A stretch of DNA of 36,332 nt, from NCBI GenBank assembly GCA_000934665.2, contig JYFJ02003924.1, positions 1 through 36,332 of the forward strand, given 5' to 3'. A model generated the notes under the pieces. That model did no database searches. It was not told the DNA's origin and was given only the letters and a program-made list of their open reading frames with translations. Below are positions 12,501-24,500 of this stretch, piece after piece; the first letter of the stretch is position 1, and every line of letters begins with the position of its first letter. This DNA is from Catajapyx aquilonaris. Lineage: Eukaryota. Made by a program: the position numbers and the translations under genes.

Positions 12501-15500
12501 ATAGTGACGCCCCATACGTTTGCTCTCTATCGACTTATTCATATTTTTTGCCCTTTCTTTCGTGAATGGCAAACCTCTTTGCACGCTCTGAGATACACTT
12601 CCTTATCCGCTCAAATGTGCGGTTAATTTCACACTTACCTTATAGCTCGTATGATCAGCTTTTGAGTGCATATAGGCCTATATGCCTGGAGGAGGCTTAC
12701 ATTCAAGTTGCTTACGACTGGAAACAGCCTTTCTCTATTCACTGAAATTTAGGTAACTGTATACAGTTGTGAGCAGTAAAGAGTAATTGAATTGCGAAAT
12801 CTACATTCATTATAGTTACAGATAATGGTACCCTTTGCCTTGCACATTTAGATGTACGGGCTAAGGCGATATGATTATTATGCATTATTACTCTTGATGC
12901 CTTAATATGTTACAATATTAAGGCTAATGAGGATGCCGGCGCAGCCCTTGAGAAAACAGTAATATGGAAGAGCTATATACCATGGTCCGCTCTCGGTAAT
13001 GAAAACAACAATAGCAAAGGGCCAGCCTAATTACATTTTCGACAAAACGCAACTAATAACTTGCTGACTATAAACAGCTTTGAGGGAATTTCTACCGTGA
13101 GGAAGCCATTAAATGCACTTTTTCCTTCCGTCCAACTCACAAGTTTAGCGTGAGGAATGAAGCCATTGCGGATTGAAAAACGTGCCAAAATTCTAAAAAA
13201 ACAACTTCTGAAATCAATTACACGATGCCCATTTATTGCATTTCTACAAGTAGGCCTACATGCCAGTGTGATGGCCAGAAGTGTGATTAATTGCTGAAAT
13301 GTTCAATATACCGGTTGGAAAAAAGGTCAGACACCGTAAGGGTCGTCTCTTGGAATCTTATACCCTTTTCCATGCTTCCATGCATGTAAGGTGGTAGGGT
13401 TTGACTTGTGGGTCGCCAACTTCGTCAACTTGTGGGTCGCAAGTGTGTCACCGTTTGTCATACACTCAGAACGGTGACATACTTGCGACCCTGACACACA
13501 AAAACGTGCCAGGCAATCTTGCTAACACGTTTTGTGTCAGATTACACATAACTGTGTGTCATGTAATATGAAACACTGCATATCCTAATTCTATTATGTG
13601 CAAAGACAATCCAAAACTTGCCACAATACGTACATGTCTTTCAACTCGTATTTTCGTGTCGCATTTGCGCTGACATGTTATACCGTGCCCGTTTCAGCAA
13701 AAAATTTCACATTTTGTTATGCCAAAACATTTTGTGTGTTCACGGGTAAAAACCCGAAGGGCTCTCATTTCAACTTTCCTCTAGCCCTCCTCACTTCAGC
13801 TGTGCCAGGGAGTATTGTTACATGTAGTACACAGTTGAATTTAGGTATACATGCAATTGATCAGTTAGACTAACTAGTTCGTTGTATTTACTGATTACCA
13901 TATGGAAATGTTGCAAAGTTGTAATAAAGCGATAAAACAGATCTACCAACATTAGCAATGTTTGCATTTCATTATAATGATGCAGCAGATTAAATATTTG
14001 ATAAGATGTACCTGTATAGATCTACGCCCAGAATTAATTTATAAATCGATTGAGCCGGAAACATATGACAACTTGAAGTACAGAGCTATCATAGTCTCAT
14101 TTTGGGTGAAATTGAGTTAGGCTTAGTCATATAGTACTCGAAGATTATTATCTCGGGGTCAAAACCAGATTTTATATACAGAGAAATTACAGTCCCATAC
14201 AGAAATGTTTGAAAATAGTTGCCCATGAGGGTAGTTATTAAATCGTCAAACTCCAAACTATCATATAACAAAAACAGTTAAATGTGACTCTGACTGTCCT
14301 GCATTTTAGGTGTTCGTATTAACCAAAATGAATACAAAAGTAATCCGGTTCCTAAATAAGCCAACTTCCATGGTGTACAGTGCTTATACAGGGTGTATCT
14401 GAACTCAGTGCCCCGCCGTATATGACTGCCTTCCTAGCCACCAGAGGATCGATTTAAGTATAGGAGTCATATGTCTGGGCAGCCTCATTACTGAGATACA
14501 CTCTTTAGCGATTTTTGCCTAATCGCTCCTTCTGACTTTTAAATAGAATTTTCTGGTGTAACTAGCCAAAGAGGCCTTACCACCTGTGGGCAACAAACCA
14601 ACAAAGTCCGGCCCCCAGACCTTCCAGAGCCTTCTGACTGGGGGAGGGTTCGATGGGTGGCCTAACCGACAGGATATTTTGTACTACATGTTTGCGGCCA
14701 ATTATCTCTGTAATGCGGAGGCCAAACATAATGACTCCTATACTTAAATCGATCCTCTGGTGGCTAGGAAGGCAGTCATATACGTCGGGGCACTGAGTTC
14801 AGATACACCCTGTATAGTACTCTGTCATAGTACTCATAGAATAGTCAATGTAATCTCTCTCACATGAGCAATAAGCAAAATATGTCCGACCCGCCATGAT
14901 CCTTTACCTCAATTACGGAAGTGTCACTTGACCTGATATTTTGACTGCAGCTTGTGCTCTGGCTTGTTTTGTTGCATGGCAAGTATTGCTCAATTGAGGT
15001 GCTCTAAAACTTAAAGGGCTTGTGGCAAAAAAGCACGATGACATAATAGCCTTTACATTCAAATCAAACTTCAATTTTGAGAGCGGAAGAGATTTTTAAC
15101 TAAGAACTAGAGTGCAAAGTTATCAGAAGTGGCAATTACATCGACCCAATCACTTATTGACTGCCACGCCTCAACTCTGCCATTTGGTTACGACAAACTC
15201 TATCAAAATTAATTCCTGGCGTAATTTTAGACCCTGTCCATCGCACGCCCTTTGCCACGTTGTAAATGTCACATTTCTGATGACTTTTGACCTCAGCGAT
15301 GCTATTATACGTGGCAAAAACCTCGATGCATTTTAGCGCCTGTGAATATTCATTTAGCATTAATTCTACACTGACGAGATCATAACTACATAAACATGAA
15401 CAATGGAACATCAACTTCCTATTCATGCTCTTCCTACACGGTGTCAAGTCATGAACAATAAAAATTACCCCAACCTAAACGGATGATACAGTTTATTGTG

Positions 15501-18500
15501 TGGTTGTCAACACCGAACAATATACACTCCAAAAGTTTGTATAGATAACAAACCGCAGTAGTATTTCGAACCAGAAGCGCAGATTACCTGTTTTTTAGTC
15601 GAGCACATTGATTGCCCTACGAAGTGGCCGCTTTTGGCCTGCTTTATAATCAGCACATTAGAGGAAACGATGCCGGAGGTATATATAAAAAAGATGCATT
15701 TGAAAAGATGGAGATTTGGAATTCAAGGGAAAAAGGAGAAACGGTTTCTTCCGCCGGATTTTGAGGCGGATGTTGCTGGGTAGATGGGAAATATCAAAGA
15801 GAAATTTATCAATTCTGGTTTTTATTTCAGTTTTTGTGATTCTGGGTCAATATTACGAGCATCTTGGTCTGATGGTGGCGTTGGAGGAAAACAACCTTCT
15901 GGAGAATGGTGAGTATTCGCTTTATTTTTCTTACCTGTATCTCAAAAAGGTTGAGGCGGTTTTGAATTAAAGCTAAATTCAGCATAGTATTCCACTTTAG
16001 TGCTAGTCGAAAATGCCATTCTCGAACCAATAGGGATATTAAGCGAATTGGCTTACTGTGAACCAATGATTTTTGCTGTCATTGCCATCATTTTCTACAA
16101 GCAAAATATTAATACCAGTCAGCGGTCAGTGGAATATAAAGCTTGCTCCATAGAGCAAAGCTTTATATTCCAGCGCAAAAATACTGAGATATTCCGCAGA
16201 GATAGTGTTGATATCTGAAGACTGAAGGGATAGGTAATCAATTTCGCTGTCGGCCCTGTCAAAAGCAATGATACAGTGAGTCATATTCGCTAGCACTAAC
16301 TTTTTTTTGCATTTCGAGGCAGCTGTATTTGATAATGTGTGACTGATGATACGTGATGAACCCTTTTCGCAATGACTGGCGTATTTTGATTACAATTACA
16401 GATTAGAGCGGCGGAGCATGTTTTCTTTTTTCCATACTGTCACAGGCATATGTAGCCAGCTGTACAGTACAGCAAGACTGCGGTATATTTACCTGAATGG
16501 CTTATACGTAGATTGTATATAAATTATTTTCATCTGGAGGTACCCACTAATGTAAAATCTCGCTCTGTCAATATTGAGCGCATAATTATGAAGCCCTCAA
16601 TACTCAAACTAAGCGTATATAAATAGTGACCATCATAATTATGAGTTCCTCAGTCTCACATAATAACAATTCATGTCACAATGCCCTTATCATGTGTGAA
16701 TCTATCAGCAAAATCGGCCAGCACTGACATGTACTCTTTTTTTTGAATGCAGGCGAATATTTTGTAGTGGGTGTCGACGTAGAGCAGTACGACGAGGAAT
16801 CCCCAGAGAAATACCTACGCGGACTGCTTCAAAGCGAACCTGACACTCGGGCCGCTCAAGCCTTCCGAAGTTACGTCGGGGTAGTCAGCTCTTCTCCGCA
16901 GGGTTACGATAACTTCACACGATTGGTCAACGAGTATATGGAGAAGCCGCCTTTCAACTTTCCTAACCCTCTCAATTACCTCGGAGGAGTTAAAAGGGTG
17001 AGTCTTTCGTGTTTACATTATGCTTTGCATGCAAATTAGTCTTAACCCATTTTCGAATAGTAAATAAATCTACGAAAATAGGATAGAAAACATGAGACCC
17101 TTGCTAAAATGGACGTCATTAGACTTGTATTATTGAAGTAATTAGAAGTATAATACGTAGAACCTGAGTGGTTATGAGTGTATTGGGCCACTGACCAACC
17201 ATAAACCTAACTACAGTAAAAGGTAAAGTCATCTGCCCAAAGTGACACTTACGAGTATGCACTGTTTTTCCCCCTAAAATTTTAAAGCCTAACGTATCAA
17301 AAAATTCATTTGCGGGAATTGTTTTTTTTGCTGCGAAACACCTCAATTGCATAACAGCAATAATCCACTATATTATATGCATAACATTATTTTATTCAAG
17401 ATGCATTTTAATGCACTTAAATACCAATCAATACCCCATGCCTCTGATGCAGCTAAGAGCATTTTCTTGACAGGTTATATGATTTTTGTGGGCATGCATG
17501 CATTACACGTGATGCAATTTACTGCATACTACGGGCTTAATCGAGTGCATATTTTGATTCACTAGAGTCGCTTGTATCATTCACAAGTGATGTCACAATA
17601 CACACATTTAAGTGCATTATTTGAGCCATTGTCAACATTTTGTTACACTTAGTTTTCTGTGTGCATTATGCGGTATAGCACTGACAAGAGGGTATTCAAA
17701 AGTCAGGCAGAAACAGTACAATGTATGAAATGGAGCGTCATTAACCAGTACAATACAGGATTAGCCTACTATTATAGGCACACGGTAATTCCGCTCATTT
17801 CTCGACATAAATGTGATCTACAGTATGTTGACTTTTGTGTAGAAGTCAACATACCGGTACTGTCGATGAAGTTACTAGAAAGACGAATGTTTTCATTGCA
17901 TATCTGGCACAACGACTCTGTGACCCTGATGCAATTAAGAGGGGTGTTTGATAAATAGTGAGCCTACCTATGAAGGAGTTGTCCCAGGCGAATGGCACTT
18001 GAGCACTTCTCTACGTAGTCCTCCTGGATTGTGATGCACACTTCTCCCAGCAGTGGTTCAGCTTTTTATCCCCTCGCGAAAAAAATATTTGTCTTGGTCA
18101 TCACACCATTCATGGACAGCGTTGTCACTGTTGAAACGCTGTTCTTTCAGGTGTTGTTTAAGTGTTGGGAACAGGTGATAGTCGGATGGTGTCACCCAAT
18201 AATTGAGGCGTTGACATGGGAAAGGGCGTAAGTCAGAAATGAATTTTTTTACAGGGTCTAGCCAAAAAAGCTATTTTAAGAACACCGTGCTGAAGCATAT
18301 TTTATCACACAAAATATTTCTTATTGATGGATTCGTTTACATAATAATAATAATTTGATACCCCATTATCAGCCTACGGGCTTTCCTAGGGGGGGATTTC
18401 TCCCAATTTTTTGTCTGGAACTCTTTCCATTTTTTACTATTTTCTCATCACCGGAATGAAGCAGGGAAAGGAAAGGAAGGAGGCGGCTGTGGCCTATATT

Positions 18501-21500
18501 ACGGTAACGACCCCGGAATTATCCTGCAAGGACCATGGGAAACCACAGAAAACCATGATCAGGGTCGCCGGCCTCCGGGATTCGAACCCAGGACCTCCCG
18601 ATTAGCAGTCGGACACCATACCACTACACCACTACTGCTTCGGTAGGATTCGTTTACATAAAGTCATAATAATTCAAAGTAAAAGCAGTTTATGAGTACA
18701 TTTAAATGTAGCCTACTTTTTTTTCTTTTTGAGGCACATTCTCATTGTGACTTATGCCCCTTTCCATGTCAACGTTTCAATTTGGCACAGTCAGACTATC
18801 ATCTGTTCCTAACACTCCTGAAAGAACAGGGTTTCAACAGTGACGCTGCCATCATAGAGGCTGTCCGTAAATGGTGTGATGACCAAGACAAAATAAATAT
18901 AATATAATATAATTTAATAATACAGTAAAATCTCGTTTTAGCGAATACCAATAGAACGAAATTTCAATAGAACGCAATAAAAATAAAATTTTGGTTGGCC
19001 AGCCGTAAGAGCAATGTATTTGTAATCCCGTTATTACAAAATGCGTTACTACGAAATTTTCAGTACAACGAATACGAAAGGTGGTTCCCAGGCTAGTATT
19101 GAACTCGATATAACGAAATATGCACTAGTTCAATGCTCCGCCACATGTGCTCCAGCACTGTCTAGCGATAAGCGAGTGTGTGGTCGTCGTGCGTAACACC
19201 GTCAACAATCGTGAAATGTGGGGTAGAAGTTGCATTAAGGGGTCGGCAGTGTCTGTTTTGGGGAGTGACCAGGACGGTGAAGACTCAGATGACCCTGACG
19301 ACCTGTCTGTGTGGAGGTCCGACGCTGAAAGCACCAGCGTGCCGGATGAAGTTACCTTTCACGATTTTGTAGCCGCAGATGACAAAGTACAGGTGTGCCA
19401 GGAGTTGACAGAATCGGACATATTTGCGCGGGAAATAAAAATAACCAATCTCGATTTAACGAAATTTCGTTATTACGAAAAGATTTGCTCGGTCCCGCGG
19501 GCTTCTTTGTAACGAGATTTTACCTGTATTATTTATTCGCGAAGGAACAAAAAGCTGGACCACTGCTGGGAGAGGTGCAATCACACTCCAGGAGGACTAC
19601 GTAGAGAAGTCCTCAAGTGCCATTCGCCTATGACAACTCCTTCACAGGTAGGCACACTATACTTATCAAACACCCCTCGTAGTTTCTTGCCCTCAAGGTA
19701 AAAAGGGACAGATCCATAGTGCATTGTAATGTTATCAATGTCGCAGAATCGTTCTTAAAGCTCTAACTGCATAAGTCAAACTATTGCATTAGAAAACGCG
19801 AGTGGTTATGTCACAATGGCAAATTCCTATCTGTTTGTAACAGCGGCTTAGGCTACATGTATTGGTCAGGCGAATTCTATACAACAATCACATATACAGT
19901 ATGAGGCTCTGCGAAAGAGGGATGATTATCAGCCCACAATTGTCTGAGTTAAATGCTACTTTTGAACCCATTTTATTGCCTTACTTAAGCCCCTTAATGT
20001 GTTGAATTAAATGGAATTGAACTTTGCAATTATACGATTATTTCATGGCTTCATTATACAGCCAAATCAGTACATCACACATAAACAGTCTACATAATAA
20101 AATATTGCTTATTGTTTATTAAGCTTCAGTGTACTTCGCGTCTTTGCATAGTGTGTTGATTTCATACTGTCTGTCACGTGCACGAAAAGATAGTTCTAAG
20201 CAGCAATGGAAGGCATACTAACTCGCCTGAACTCACGATGATAACCGCCACAAACCCATAAATGAAATGTTAACAGTCCATTAAACCAAGTCATCAGCTT
20301 GTACCTGTTTACTCCGTATATTTTTGTCTGTTTAAAGACGCCTTAATGTTACCAAAAGATGTACTGTTCTGGTCGTAATGTATGCAAATTATTAATTTTT
20401 TATCAAAGTAGGTCCGATCATTTGCAAAGCATCAAATGAGGCGCTTAAGAACAAAAATGACCCAAGTCCGAAAATGCCATTTTCGAGATAGGACTGCCAT
20501 CACATTCAGAGAACTACTCCAAGTTGGCGCAAAAAAATTGTATAAGTCCTAAGTTGTACATTTGGGCAGTAAATGACATAATGTCATTTATGCTCTAAGG
20601 AGAGTTGCCTACTCCTTGGAGCAATCCTGATGTAAGTCCCATACCAGCTGTTTAAGATGGCCAACAAAGATGCAAGCGATATTTCTGGGGGCACCTCTAT
20701 GGACAGAATAATATTGTGTATGACAAATAATAAGTGTGTGGCTGTCAGTTTTGCCATGTTTGAAATTATGTTGTGAATTTGCGAATTTTAAATATTTGCA
20801 GAAAATTTCCTTCTCTTAAATTTTTTATTGAAATTGATATTTACTAAAATCAATTTTGTTTAAATTGACGAATGATCAAAGGAAATTTTATAAATGCAGT
20901 TGAGACCAGATGTAATAGCCTCGGCTATAACGAAAGGACAGTCCCGGCATATTTCCATAATTATGGTTTGTGTATTTGGCTATAACAGACCTTGGTTATA
21001 ACAAGACTGATTTCCGTGGTACCTTGAAGTCTATTATATCCGGATTCAATTGTATTACACCCAGTCAACAATGGTGTAAGTCCATGATTCTGTAGGATCG
21101 TTATGGTGTAAGTCACATATGATTTTTTATAAATCAATCAACTTTTTTGTTACAGTGGCAATACAAAAAGACTACTCTGTGATGATTGCCAATCTGACAT
21201 AATATGGATCCAGACATATGATTTCCCTTTTTTCTATGACCTTCCTAACTTGCAGTTGAATTATCCCAACTTGAGCTTTTTGGACTTGGGTCACTTTTGT
21301 TCTCAGCGCCTCAAATAAAACAATGACGAACAGTGTAATATCTCGATATACTGTCACGTCTATAAGAATACATCCCATCTCAATGGTCAAAATCTACTTT
21401 GATTCCCCGAAGAATTGGTGATCAAGTGACGCCTCTATATATGATCATCTGGATCCAGGAAATCAACATTCTAAGTTTGTAGGAATCATTAGAAAACACC

Positions 21501-24500
21501 CTGTAAATCATGCTTTTACAGACTCGTCCAAATGGAAGAGAGAAGGTCAAGAATAAGGCACCCTCCATTCCAATTTACTGCCACCTGTTCCGAGTTCGCA
21601 GAGTCTCTTAGTGAAGTCCCCTACCCATCATTTCCGTTAACAGGCCGTGCCATCGTCCTTTCAAATCCTTCAGAATAGGCAATAATAGAAAGGGTCTTAT
21701 GACATTCCAATTTCCTAGTGGTTCCATAAATTTGGTTACGTTTTCCTTATACGAGGCTTGAGTAGTCACTTACTTCAAGGGAAAACTGCTGTCTGAAAAA
21801 GTCTTATAACACAAAAATACAACATCAATAAATAAGTACAGGGTGATACAGGCCTCGGTTGACGACCTCGACAATGGAGCGAGGTAAAATGCGACTGAAT
21901 ACGCTCTCCAGCTGAGCATGAGATTTCCCATTGATAGATCCAGATGTGCGCACAATGGAATGTGCATGGGCGAGTCATTCACTATATTGTTCATGTCAAC
22001 TTAGAGGCAGTGTAATACCACCATGTATATTGATGGAAAGATGGTCCCCCCCCCCCCCCCACCCCNGCTCGAGTGCTGACGGTTGAATGCAACAAGAAAC
22101 TTCTTTCCTAAACTTGGTTCACTTTGTAGCTTGAATTCCCTCTATCCTACAGTGAGTGTACTGTACCAAGGATGAGTGCGTAATTAGGGTCTGAGTAGGC
22201 GGCATGACGTCAATTGTATTGAACGTGGGTAGGTACTTGTACAAGAGGCGGCCCTCATCTTTATTACTTACTAGTCGGGTTCGAGTGGTTTTCTCCCCTG
22301 GTATAATACTATTACCTAATAATTATAAAAGCAATTATCCTTTGCTGTAAAATCGCCCCTTTAAACGGGTTTATGCTAGGTCTGGTCGGGATTCACTTCT
22401 GGTTTCTCTGTGGCGAAAAGGAATTCCCTTAAGTGGCCTGTAAATTGCGAGAGTCCAAGATTGAGATGCCGAAGTTGACGATCCCAGTGGGGAATGGGAA
22501 GACAATAGTTGGATTATTATTCATCCATGGTGATGTAAACAAAATTGGCGACACGCGAAAAAAATGAAGGAAGTCGCAAACTTCGCTCTCAGTCTGGACT
22601 GGAATGTGAATGTGAGAGGCCATCAGTACTTTTCCATTGTCAACCAGGGCATATAAACACTTTATACTGTGATTCCCAAGACAAGCACCCCAGGCCCCAG
22701 GGGCAAATTATTTTAATATACGTGACAAGTGACTAACGTATCCGTATCTTTCGTGAACTACTTTGTGTGGATTCCCCAAATCAAGTACTGCACCGTAGTG
22801 TTCGAGCCCTAGAGACCAGGACGTGTCCTAGCAACTGGGATTTGGACGGTTGCTAGCCGGTGGATTGTATCCTTAATGTTTGTTTGGAATGTAGACAGTT
22901 CTCAATTGACCGTCCTACTGAGCAGACGTTTTGTACTGTAGGTCTACCTCTTTGTCTGGAATCCTCTCTGAGTTTGGTTATCCCAGTCCCTTTGTCATTA
23001 TTCCTTCCTTGCCCTTTAGCTATCATCCTCTCTATTCCTTGTGATGGTTGGTGCCGAGTGACACTACAGTGGATTTTTGATTAATATAGCAGAAGTCCAT
23101 GGAATTCAGATTCTTATTCTAGCCCAAGAAAATTTATTGACGTGCATGTTCTACAGCAAAAAATTATGATAAATATATCAATTCATAAAATTTTAATAAA
23201 GTGAGGTCCAAGTCCACGGCATAAAACACCTTTACCATATAGACTTGTTATTATACGCGTATTTAACACTTGATCTGTTTTTGACATGCCATTTACATCT
23301 ATGCAACATAAAAAGTGCGCGAGTTACGCGACATAATTTTAATAATGTCCTCGGCGTCAGTTTTGTCAGTTGAGAATATGAAGCGTGTTTGTTCCAATGC
23401 GGCGTATTCCAGTTAGCAATTCATTGTAATTATAGAGCTTGAATGTGTGATCAAATACAGTCTAATATTAGCAGCTAATAGTGTTTTCAACTGCTAAAAG
23501 TAACTAGGCCTAATAATGCTGCGAGCACGCGCTGGGCTATCGCTTAATGTAATAATTATCATGATCATCATTGTCTACTGCAACGATGACATCGCCATCA
23601 AAATGAAATTCCCAAAAGGCTCTCGTTGATATTACATCATACAATGCACAGATATTAGTTTGCCATAATAAACAAGTTTATGCAAGAAGCAAATAACGAG
23701 AGCATCACCCAGTAAGCGGTTGTACTGTACAGTGTTCCGCTGCGGTAATCCGCTTAATACCAGCAGATTTCACTTTGAAGGTACTGAAATATGGAGGAAA
23801 TGAACGTAACGAGCATCCGTCCCATTTTCAAACTCTCGTTTGCGGGATAATCCTGCGTGTGTATTTTTTCCCCCCCTTCCTTTTATGATACTCCTATGCA
23901 TGATTAAAAGAGCATCGTGAGGGGCTTTTCATCCACTTCTTTGTGTCTGGAGAGTGACTAGATGTAGGTTTATCTGTCCGACTCTACAGCGGCTCGGTAA
24001 AAGCCAAAAGAAGATTCTTGGAAGCAATTTTGAACTCTTTTTTATCTTCAGCAGAGTCCGCTCCGGTGTATCAAACGCTTATTGAATTCTTGAGAAGATG
24101 ATTGCCTTCCTCCAATCTCATTTTGTCACTCTAAATATAGGAAGAAAAATATTTGTAAAGTTCAATGAGCAGAAAAAATGTTGATCAAACAGTTTCAGTA
24201 GTTATCGATTTTGAGGCCACACTTTTCACTTCTTGGAGCTGGTACGGCACCATGTTCTGAAAGTTGCAGGTGTTTTCCATTCATCTCGTCCACCTCTATC
24301 CAAACGGACAGCCAATTAGCAATGTTGTTTAATAATAATAATTAACGTGGTAAATTTTTATCTACACTATAAGTTTATTTAAAAAGCACCTACCTTTCAT
24401 CTGAGACATTTCGACTTGGTCATGTGACGAGGAATTTGCCCAGGAGGCTCGTTGACAACTGGGCCAATACCGACTGTCGTAACAAGAGTTGACCATAACA

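Larger units (their letters stand above)
17938..19679. mobile_element. mariner-derived foldback element made of two inverted transposase 3' ends, with two nested insertions
   Basis: Ends TA|aGAGGGGTGTTTGATAA...TTATCAAACACCCCTCG|TA. The left arm (about 17938-18242) is the reverse complement of about 18742-18895 plus 19529-19679. Both arms encode mariner C-terminal remnants: (P/Q)SDYHLF..LKEQ.FNSD..WCDDQDK..KKL.HCWE..EDYVEK. Confidence 0.85.

Noticed and set aside
12634..12750. Minus-strand exon-like segment with a strong GTAAGT donor (similar at about 21773)
   Set aside because: Isolated splice-like signals are expected by chance in 36 kb; they could not be chained into a gene with a recognisable product.
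17821..17862. 12-bp-arm hairpin as a pre-miRNA
   Set aside because: Stem too short for a canonical pre-miRNA; no recognised mature sequence.
18575..18645. Possible tRNA gene (likewise 6294-6360 and 33356-33430)
   Set aside because: These are SINE heads: each is followed by a body, a simple-repeat tail and TSDs, with no clean cloverleaf or T-run terminator.
19147..19512. 121-aa ORF as a nested gene
   Set aside because: Internal remnant of the pogo/Tigger-like element; it runs into the TIR and shows no DDE domain.
22546..22560. TGGCGACACG as an LTR primer-binding site
   Set aside because: No LTR pair, TG..CA ends or gag/pol sequence nearby.
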